This document shows, one piece after another, positions 19,299 to 26,125 of a stretch of 26,125 bases of DNA (its first letter is position 1; the number at the start of each line of letters is the position of its first letter). This stretch comes from Actinomycetota bacterium (GTDB lineage: Bacteria; Actinomycetota; Actinomycetes; Nanopelagicales; Nanopelagicaceae): NCBI GenBank assembly GCA_009704555.1, contig WLDY01000001.1, forward strand, positions 1-26,125. The letters run 5' to 3'. Under the pieces are notes generated by a model. It was not told the origin of the DNA and did not search any database. It was given only the letters and a program-made list of their open reading frames with translations. Made by a program: the position numbers and the translations under genes.

Positions 19299-20470
19299 CG
19301 AACTGAGATGTTCTCCATGAAGGAGCGGAAATTCCTCTTCGTCTCCTCAATGTGGTCGCCGCCAAACTTCTCTAGCAGCGCTTCCGCCAGAACGAGGGCG
19401 ACCATAGCCTCACCGATCACACCAGCGGCAGGTACGGCGCAAACGTCCGATCGCTGATTGATCGCCTTTGCGCTCTCACCTGTCGTAACATCGATGGTCG
19501 CGAGGGCCTTTGGCACGGTCGAGATGGGTTTCATCGCACCGCGAACTCGCAATCTCTCCCCCGTAGTCATGCCACCTTCGGTGCCGCCAGAGCGATTGCT
19601 AAGTCGAGTGATGGAGCCATCCTTTTTTTCTATCTCGTCGTGAGCAGCGCTTCCACGTCGCGCTGCAGAGGCGAAGCCGTCACCGATCTCAACACCTTTG
19701 ATGGCTTGGATTCCCATGATCGCTGCGGCAAGTCGTGAATCGATGCGTCGATCCCAATGGACGTGGGACCCAAGACCGATCGGACAGTTTTCGACAACGA
19801 CTTCAAAGACTCCGCCGAGGGTGTCGCCTTCGCGATGCGCCTCTTCGATCTCGGTCACCATTGCCGCTGAGAGATCCGACCAGGCAGCTCTCACCGGACT
19901 CTCATCGATCAGAGCCCGATCCTTGTAACTTGGAGAGGTGCGTTCGCCTGAATCAATCTTTCCTATCGCTATGACGTGACTGAAGATTTCCGTGCTGGCA
20001 ACCTCTCTCAGAAGTTGACGGGCGACGACGGAGAGCGCCACTCTCATCGCAGTCTCACGCGCGCTTGCCCGTTCCAAAATAGGTCGTGCATCGGTGAAAC
20101 CGTATTTCTGCATACCGACGAGGTCCGCATGTCCGGGGCGAGGACGAGAGAGGGGCTCATTTCGGGCGAGACCTTGGAGTTCTGAGGGATCGACTGGGTC
20201 CGAAGCCATCACCTTCTCCCACTTGGGCCACTCACTGTTAGCGATCTCGATCGCGATGGGCCCACCCTGCGTTACTCCGTGACGAACACCTGACTTGATG
20301 GTGACTTGATCTTCCTCGAACTTCTGTCGCGCACCACGTCCAAAGCCAAGTCGCCGGCGTCCTAGTTCAGACTGGATGTCACTCGTGGTCAGCGGAACCC
20401 CAGCGGGAATTCCTTCGATGATTCCAGTGAGCGCCGGACCATGCGATTCGCCTGCAGTCAACCAACGCAT
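19295..20470 (-). CDS. aroC: Chorismate synthase
   Basis: [56 protein letters not shown]. Confidence 0.98.
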   Translation of the reverse strand: MRWLTAGESHGPALTGIIEGIPAGVPLTTSDIQSELGRRRLGFGRGARQKFEEDQVTIKSGVRHGVTQGGPIAIEIANSEWPKWEKVMASDPVDPSELQGLARNEPLSRPRPGHADLVGMQKYGFTDARPILERASARETAMRVALSVVARQLLREVASTEIFSHVIAIGKIDSGERTSPSYKDRALIDESPVRAAWSDLSAAMVTEIEEAHREGDTLGGVFEVVVENCPIGLGSHVHWDRRIDSRLAAAIMGIQAIKGVEIGDGFASAARRGSAAHDEIEKKDGSITRLSNRSGGTEGGMTTGERLRVRGAMKPISTVPKALATIDVTTGESAKAINQRSDVCAVPAAGVIGEAMVALVLAEALLEKFGGDHIEETKRNFRSFMENISVR

Positions 20471-20530
20471 TCGCGAATTCTCCCATAGTCATGATCGTCA
20501 GGCTCAGCATTTCAAGGGCAACGCGGTACC

Positions 20531-20959
20531 TCAGCCAAGGGCAACGAGTGTTCCAAGGGTAAGGAGAGGTGCGAAAGGGATGCTCGATTGCGATCGACCC
20601 CGAAAAAGCAAGAGAAGGAGGGTCAGAGTAGAAACCGAGGCCACGCCCATAAGCCACTCAAAGAGATTCAGATGCGGCACCATGAAGAGGATCAGATACC
20701 CAGTCAACTTGATGTCTCCCATGCCAATGGTTCCAAGAATGTGCACTCTCAATCGACGTGACGCAAAGAGTAAAGTCAAAGACCCCAGATAGAGCGCAAA
20801 TGAGTTCCATCCCAGTACCGGTCTTTCAAAACTGACCGAGATCACAAGGTGAAGAAGGAAGGCCACGCCCAGCAGGAGATTCGGGATCCTTCGAGTGAGG
20901 AGATCAATGAGACCGGCGAGAACGAGAGTGATGAGCGCTAGGAGTAGATGCAAAGACAC
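20531..20959 (-). CDS. Small prepilin peptidase (A24 family aspartic membrane protease)
   Basis: Highly hydrophobic 142 aa; DLLTRRIPN and GMGDIKL carry the two Asp motifs; C-terminal IPFAP; GTG start. Confidence 0.85.
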   Translation of the reverse strand: MSLHLLLALITLVLAGLIDLLTRRIPNLLLGVAFLLHLVISVSFERPVLGWNSFALYLGSLTLLFASRRLRVHILGTIGMGDIKLTGYLILFMVPHLNLFEWLMGVASVSTLTLLLLLFRGRSQSSIPFAPLLTLGTLVALG

Positions 20960-20965
20960 GTACGG

Positions 20966-20971
20966 ACGATA
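20966..20971 (-). promoter_or_regulatory. Candidate -10 hexamer TATCGT, 6 nt before the A24 peptidase GTG (possible leaderless transcript)
   Basis: Minus strand reads cgaagcaca-TATCGT-ccgtac-GTG; no Shine-Dalgarno in the 23-nt gap. Confidence 0.4.
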
Positions 20972-20982
20972 TGTGCTTCGAG

Positions 20983-21795
20983 CTACTCAGTGGCTGCGAT
21001 GCTCCGAACTGTGGACAACAAGACTGTTCGATACATCCCATCACGATCGAATTCCACCCCACTGAAGAGGACCGCTTGATCAACTGCCTGCGCGACCAGA
21101 ATCGGAAGACCTGAAATCACTCTTCCTGAAGCAACTCCAGCCAAGACCGAGGGCCATGGCGCATAGGAGAAGTCGATCAAGGTTCCGCTAAAACCCATCA
21201 GGTTTGCGGAGATGAGACTCTGGCTAGTTGCCGGCAGAGTTGAGATGACAAGCTGCCTGTCATTGAGAAGAACCCCCGAGAGCTCTTCCATGGACCTCGT
21301 CTTGATTGAAACCCGTCCGGAGGTAGGGAGTGATTGATCTCGCGATTGATTTCGACGATAGATGGTGACCGACGAGGATGAACCAATCGCCTCGAGCGCA
21401 ATCAGAACGGATCGGGCGGTTGCACCGTTACCCAAAAGAACTACTGAATCTGAGTCGACTCCTTCGACCTTCATTACTCGCTGTAAACCAGAAATGTCAG
21501 TGTTGAAAGAACCTCTAGGAGTGATCGTATTGATGGAATGTGCAGCTAGGGCCACAGGGTCGATTGGAAGGTCAAGTGAGAAACCGACTTCCTTCAGCGG
21601 CATCGTCAATGAGAAACCACTCCAATTCTCATCGCCTTCGGCAAAACTGCGTTCGATCAGCTCTCTCGCCTGGACTTCATCAGCTTCAATACGGCGATAG
21701 TCATACTCGATACCCAATTCTTTGTAGATGAGACCGTGAACGAGTGGTGAGAGGGAATGATCAATTGGTTTGCCAAGGACTGCTGCCCTAATCAT
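20983..21795 (-). CDS. aroE: Shikimate dehydrogenase, 270 aa
   Basis: AVLGKPIDHSLSP, LTMPLK, NT...NTD, GNGATARS, GLPILVAQA. Start moved from 21888 to ATG 21795 (ATGATTAG, an 8-nt overlap with the mltG stop). Confidence 0.94.
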   Translation of the reverse strand: MIRAAVLGKPIDHSLSPLVHGLIYKELGIEYDYRRIEADEVQARELIERSFAEGDENWSGFSLTMPLKEVGFSLDLPIDPVALAAHSINTITPRGSFNTDISGLQRVMKVEGVDSDSVVLLGNGATARSVLIALEAIGSSSSVTIYRRNQSRDQSLPTSGRVSIKTRSMEELSGVLLNDRQLVISTLPATSQSLISANLMGFSGTLIDFSYAPWPSVLAGVASGRVISGLPILVAQAVDQAVLFSGVEFDRDGMYRTVLLSTVRSIAATE

Positions 21796-22822
21796 CAAAA
21801 AGACCTTTTCGATAGTTTTCGCGATAGAGACGCTTCCACTCCAGGAATTCTTCATATGAGTTCGTGAAGCGCGTCTCCAGTGGTGCAACTGTTATGAAGT
21901 AGGTCCAGTTGCCCTCCTCCGGCTTCAGGGCCGCTTCAATTGCAGCACGAGTAGGAGACCCGATCGGACCAGGCGGAAGACCGCGAACCCGATAAGTGTT
22001 GTAAGGACTATTCACCTTAGTCTCATCAAGAGTGAGTGAAATCTCGCCGCGCGAACCCTGAAGGTAGTGAACCGTTGAGTCCAGCTGCAGCGCCATTCCC
22101 TTCTCCAAACGGTTGTGGATCACCCGTGAAACCTTGGCGAAGACATCGGGAGTTCCCTCCGCCTCGATCAAAGATGCGACGGTGATGATCTCCTCTGGAG
22201 CCAGATCGAACTCATTCTCACGGATCTCAAGTCCCTCAATGGCAGCGTTGAACCTACGCAACATCGAACGGATGACATCCTCGGTGCTCGTACCTGGTTC
22301 GAAGGAGTAACGTGCTGGATAGAGATACCCCTCTAGTGACCTCGCGTTGAATCCTTCAGGTGCTGGTGTTGCCTCAAGGACTTCCGCAACTTTCGCGTAC
22401 CCAAGTGAAGTCAAGAGCTCTTGAACCTCACTGAGCCTTACTCCATCACGCAAAGTGATCAAGCCTTGAATTCGCTTCGGATCCAAGAGTTGGTTCAATG
22501 CTTCCACTGCAGGGATCCTGGTGTCGAGAAGGTAGCTTCCTGGAGCGATCCGTTCGGCTCTCGCATCATTGATGGCCAATTGGAAGAAGACTTGCCATGA
22601 GTCGATGACGCCAGCCCTATCCAGTTTCCTTGCTATCTCTTCTCCTGTGTCTCCCTCTTCCACCACGATCTCAACGCCTGCCTGACTCTCTCCTGCAGGG
22701 AAGTCTGAGAACCCTTGCGGACGATTTGCCACCTCTCGGATGCCGAGCGTTACTACCACCAACAAGAGTGCGACTACCGAGATAACTCTTTGGTTTGACC
22801 GATCCTTCAAGGTTTCAAACAT
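21788..22822 (-). CDS. mltG: Endolytic transglycosylase MltG (YceG family)
   Basis: N-terminal TM helix, LEGYLYPARY, ASLIEAE (catalytic Glu region), LQLDSTV.Y, SPYNTY...GLPPGPI.SP. Confidence 0.95.
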   Translation of the reverse strand: MFETLKDRSNQRVISVVALLLVVVTLGIREVANRPQGFSDFPAGESQAGVEIVVEEGDTGEEIARKLDRAGVIDSWQVFFQLAINDARAERIAPGSYLLDTRIPAVEALNQLLDPKRIQGLITLRDGVRLSEVQELLTSLGYAKVAEVLEATPAPEGFNARSLEGYLYPARYSFEPGTSTEDVIRSMLRRFNAAIEGLEIRENEFDLAPEEIITVASLIEAEGTPDVFAKVSRVIHNRLEKGMALQLDSTVHYLQGSRGEISLTLDETKVNSPYNTYRVRGLPPGPIGSPTRAAIEAALKPEEGNWTYFITVAPLETRFTNSYEEFLEWKRLYRENYRKGLFDD

Positions 22823-22826
22823 GGAG

Positions 22827-23291
22827 CTAGAGCTCGCTTCCGGCGTATCTCAACGTATTTCGCTCAGTCAGGAGGACTCCCTCAAGAAGAAGAGTTGCAG
22901 CTACCGCATCGACTTCGCCTCTACCTTCCTTCTCACTCTTTCCGCTGGCACGCATCTCGCTGAGCGCGCTCTTCGTCGTAAGTCGCTCGTCGACGAGTCG
23001 AATCTGAATCGCATGCATGGATGCGACCTCGATCGCGAATTCACGCGCCAAGCGCGCCGAGCTACCGGCATCTCCAGATAGGTTCACGGGATATCCGATG
23101 TAGATGATCACGGGTTCATACTCCTCGAGGATCTTCGAGAGGTCCGTCTCCCATGCTTGGGCATCCAACACCGAGGTCGGGAATGCAAACTGCCCATCGG
23201 GATCACTGACAGCGACTCCGATCCGCGAAAGTCCGAAGTCGAGCGCAAGCCGCCTCCCCTTCAGAAGCGAAGGAGAGGGAATCTCACTCAT
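22827..23291 (-). CDS. ruvX: YqgF/RuvX family nuclease (putative Holliday junction resolvase / pre-16S rRNA nuclease)
   Basis: [32 protein letters not shown]; alaS-ruvX-mltG synteny. Confidence 0.95.
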   Translation of the reverse strand: MSEIPSPSLLKGRRLALDFGLSRIGVAVSDPDGQFAFPTSVLDAQAWETDLSKILEEYEPVIIYIGYPVNLSGDAGSSARLAREFAIEVASMHAIQIRLVDERLTTKSALSEMRASGKSEKEGRGEVDAVAATLLLEGVLLTERNTLRYAGSEL

Positions 23292-25969
23292 GATGCGGCG
23301 ATCGACTTCGCTAGTTCGTCACGCATAGTCGCGAGGGCCTCACTGACCTTCTCGCTCGCTACCCCACCGCCTTGTGCAAAGTCATCCTTTCCGCCACCAC
23401 CGCCGCCCAGGACGGTTGAACCTGACTTTACGAGCGATCCAGCTCTCGCTCCCTTTTCCCGGGCGAGGGCATCAGTTGCGGCGACAAGGACAACTTTTCC
23501 ATTAGTAATGGACGCGAGCGTGATGACTGTTCCACTTGCTAAATCCCGAAGCGAAAGCGCGATCTCACGCAACTCATCTCCGGTAAGACCTGCTGGAAGC
23601 AATCTTCCAAACCAGCCAAGTCCATTCACTGAATCCGCGGATTTCAGTGCCGCGGAAAGTTCCTCCACCTGATTCTTGACTCGCAGTTGACCGAGTGAGC
23701 GCTCGGCCTCTTTGAGAGACGATAAGACGGACTCGATTCGCTCTGGCAATTCCTCGCTTCGAGTTACTTTGACGAGGTCCATAACGCGAGATAAGAGAAT
23801 ATGTTCGCGGGCGAGGAACGAGAATGCATCGTTACCAACCAGCGCTTCGACGCGTCGCACGCCTGATCCAATCGAAGATTCACTCATCAATTTCACTAGA
23901 CCGAGCTCACCAGAGGCATTGACATGTGTTCCGCCACAGAGCTCTCGTGCCCAATCACCGACGCTTACGACCCTTACCCTGTCACCGTACTTCTCACCAA
24001 AGAGCGCCATCGCTCCCATTGCGCGAGCCTCATCTTGACTCATCTCAGCAGCAGTAACTGGAAGATTCGAGAGGAGTAGTTCATTGACTCGCCCTTCAAC
24101 CTCTTCCATTGCGATGCTCGAAACTGGCGACGTCGATGGGAAATCGAATCGGAAACGGCCAGGCGCATTCTCAGAGCCTGCCTGCGTTGCAGTCTCACCG
24201 AGTACTTCGCGGAAAGCCTTATGAACCATATGTGTTGCGGTATGCGCGCGGGAGATTCCTCGTCGTCGATCGATGTCGATCTTTGCGTGCGCGCTACTTC
24301 CGATCTCCGCTTCGCCCTCAAGCATCTCACCACGATGTATGAAGAGCCCTGGTATCGGTGATTGAACATCGAAAACATCGAAGATGGCTCCATTGCCCAG
24401 ATGGATCTGACCATGGTCAGCGAGCTGACCGCCACCCTCGGCGTAGAACGGTGTGCGATCAAGAACGATCTCTACCGATCCTTGGCCAGCAGCTACTGAC
24501 TTGCCGTCGGAGATGATTCCCACAATCTTCGACTCGGAGTCGGTCCTGCTGTACCCGACGAAATCAGTCGGTGCGTTCGATTCAAGCACTTTGCGATATT
24601 CGCTGAGATCAGTGTGTCCACTCTTCTTCGCCTTGGCATCGGCCTTGGCGCGCTCCTTCTGTTCTCGCATCAGGGACTTGAATCCACCTTCATCGATGGC
24701 AAGCCCTGCCTCAGCTGCCATCTCCAGGGTCAGATCAAAGGGGAAGCCATAGGTATCGTGAAGTTTGAATGCATCACTGGCATCGAGACTCTTTGAGCCG
24801 GAATCCTTCGCTCGCTTTGCAGCGATATCGAAAATCTGAGTTCCACTCTTGAGGGTCTCTAGGAAGGTGGCCTCCTCGGCTGCCGTCACTTCTTCGATCC
24901 TGCCGCGATCCCTCTCGAGCTCCGGATATTGCGGCGCCATGGCTTCGATTGATGAGCGAACCAATTCGACCAACGTCGGGTCTTCGCTACCCAGCAACCG
25001 CATATTCCGCACGACTCGACGCATCATTCGGCGCAGCACATAGCCGCGCCCCTCATTTCCTGGAGTGACGCCATCGCCAATCAGCATCGCAGCGGTACGT
25101 GCGTGATCGGCAATCACTCGAAGTGAGACATCGTTCTTGACTTCGTTTCCATACCGGACACCAGTGAGTTCGGAGGCCTTGCGCAAGATGATGCTCGTGG
25201 TATCGATCTCGTAGATGTTCTCGACACCTTGCAAGAGCGCGGCGGTCCGCTCCAATCCCAGACCCGTGTCGATGTTCTTAGCAGGCAACTCGCCAAGGAT
25301 CGGATACCCCTCTTTGCCAGGTCCATCACCTCGTATGTTCTGCATGAAGACGAGATTCCAGATCTCGAGATACCGATTCTCATCCTCGACGGGACCGCCT
25401 TCTTTGCCGTATTGAGGCCCCCTGTCGAAGTAGATCTCGCTGCACGGCCCACATGGCCCGGGAACTCCCATCGACCAGAAGTTGTCAGCCATGCCGCGAC
25501 GCTGGATCCGATCCTTCGGAACACCTACATCCCGGTGCCAAATCTCGGCAGCCTCATCATCATCAAGGTAGACAGTCACCCACAACCGCTCAGGATCAAA
25601 TCCGTACCCGCCATCACTTTGTGAACGTGTCAGCAACTCCCAAGCAAGAGAGATGGCGCCTTCCTTGAAGTAATCACCAAAGGAGAAGTTTCCGCACATC
25701 TGGAAGAAGGAGGCATGACGAGTCGTCTTACCCACTTCATCGATATCTAGGGTTCGCACACACTTCTGTACCGATGTCGCCCGAGAGTAAGGCGGAGTGA
25801 TCTCGCCGAGAAAATATGGCTTGAATGGCACCATACCCGCATTGACAAGGAGAAGATTGGGATCGTTCAGCACTAGAGATGCAGATGGAACGACGGTGTG
25901 CGTAAGGCCCTGACGATTGCCAGACTCGAAGAAGTCCAACCACCGCTTTCGAATCTCGGCGGAGTTCAC
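23288..25969 (-). CDS. alaS: Alanine--tRNA ligase
   Basis: [52 protein letters not shown], editing HTATH and ELCGGTH, C-terminal GGGG..DFAQGGG; 893 aa, GTG start. Confidence 0.99.
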   Translation of the reverse strand: MNSAEIRKRWLDFFESGNRQGLTHTVVPSASLVLNDPNLLLVNAGMVPFKPYFLGEITPPYSRATSVQKCVRTLDIDEVGKTTRHASFFQMCGNFSFGDYFKEGAISLAWELLTRSQSDGGYGFDPERLWVTVYLDDDEAAEIWHRDVGVPKDRIQRRGMADNFWSMGVPGPCGPCSEIYFDRGPQYGKEGGPVEDENRYLEIWNLVFMQNIRGDGPGKEGYPILGELPAKNIDTGLGLERTAALLQGVENIYEIDTTSIILRKASELTGVRYGNEVKNDVSLRVIADHARTAAMLIGDGVTPGNEGRGYVLRRMMRRVVRNMRLLGSEDPTLVELVRSSIEAMAPQYPELERDRGRIEEVTAAEEATFLETLKSGTQIFDIAAKRAKDSGSKSLDASDAFKLHDTYGFPFDLTLEMAAEAGLAIDEGGFKSLMREQKERAKADAKAKKSGHTDLSEYRKVLESNAPTDFVGYSRTDSESKIVGIISDGKSVAAGQGSVEIVLDRTPFYAEGGGQLADHGQIHLGNGAIFDVFDVQSPIPGLFIHRGEMLEGEAEIGSSAHAKIDIDRRRGISRAHTATHMVHKAFREVLGETATQAGSENAPGRFRFDFPSTSPVSSIAMEEVEGRVNELLLSNLPVTAAEMSQDEARAMGAMALFGEKYGDRVRVVSVGDWARELCGGTHVNASGELGLVKLMSESSIGSGVRRVEALVGNDAFSFLAREHILLSRVMDLVKVTRSEELPERIESVLSSLKEAERSLGQLRVKNQVEELSAALKSADSVNGLGWFGRLLPAGLTGDELREIALSLRDLASGTVITLASITNGKVVLVAATDALAREKGARAGSLVKSGSTVLGGGGGGKDDFAQGGGVASEKVSEALATMRDELAKSIAAS

Positions 25970-25975
25970 AGTCGG

Positions 25976-26125
25976 CTAGAACTCCTCATCCTCGTCGTAG
26001 GTGCTGCGCTTCGACTTCGAACGACTGGTTGAGTTTGCCTTACCCTTTTTGCTCGACGGCTTTCCACCACGACGTTTGCTAGTGGCAGCCGAAACGACAG
26101 TGCCGAGCAACTTGAGCGCAACGGC
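25976..26125 (-). CDS. C-terminal end of an unidentified protein (runs off the window's right edge)
   Basis: Open frame from 26125 to TAG at 25978-25976: AVALKLLGTVVSAATSKRRGGKPSSKKGKANSTSRSKSKRSTYDEDEEF. Ends 6 nt before alaS; its last codons supply GAGGAG as a likely alaS RBS. Family not identifiable from this fragment. Confidence 0.6.
   Translation of the reverse strand, partial: AVALKLLGTVVSAATSKRRGGKPSSKKGKANSTSRSKSKRSTYDEDEEF

Noticed and set aside
68-25943. Many 60-170 aa ORFs on the + strand and in alternative minus frames (e.g. 2688-3110, 4522-5007, 5820-6323, 10259-10858, 23157-23672, 25114-25524)
   Set aside because: All lie within well-supported genes, show no recognisable motifs, and are expected shadow ORFs at this GC level.
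1-26125. Mobile elements, CRISPR arrays, tRNA/rRNA, inteins, frameshifts or pseudogenes
   Set aside because: No transposase or integrase, no regular repeats, no gap large enough for such RNA genes apart from the characterised leaders, and all proteins are near expected length with intact frames.

Overview
Core housekeeping region of an actinobacterial chromosome, with no mobile elements, CRISPR arrays, rRNA or tRNA detected. All 27 CDS (25 complete, 2 cut by the window edges) lie on the minus strand. In transcription order: unknown partial ORF, alaS, ruvX, mltG, aroE, A24 prepilin peptidase, aroC, aroK, aroB, aroQ, efp, nusB, pyrR, pyrB, pyrC, carA, carB, pyrK, pyrD, pyrF, mihF-gmk (one ORF), rpoZ, coaBC, metK, priA, def, fmt (partial). 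Packing is very tight: with my start calls, 12 of 26 junctions overlap and about 464 nt (about 1.8%) are non-coding, suggesting a streamlined genome. The most unusual item is an in-frame fusion of the actinobacterial integration host factor (mIHF/sIHF-like nucleoid protein) to guanylate kinase. It sits 3 nt behind pyrF with no room for a promoter of its own, and its linker contains a -10-like hexamer that could yield stand-alone Gmk. Also notable are a PyrR-binding hairpin that sequesters the pyrR ribosome-binding site, a PriA lacking helicase motifs, and several candidate leaderless promoters. Several ORF-track starts were corrected using overlaps and RBS evidence. All family assignments are from motif recognition; no searches were run.
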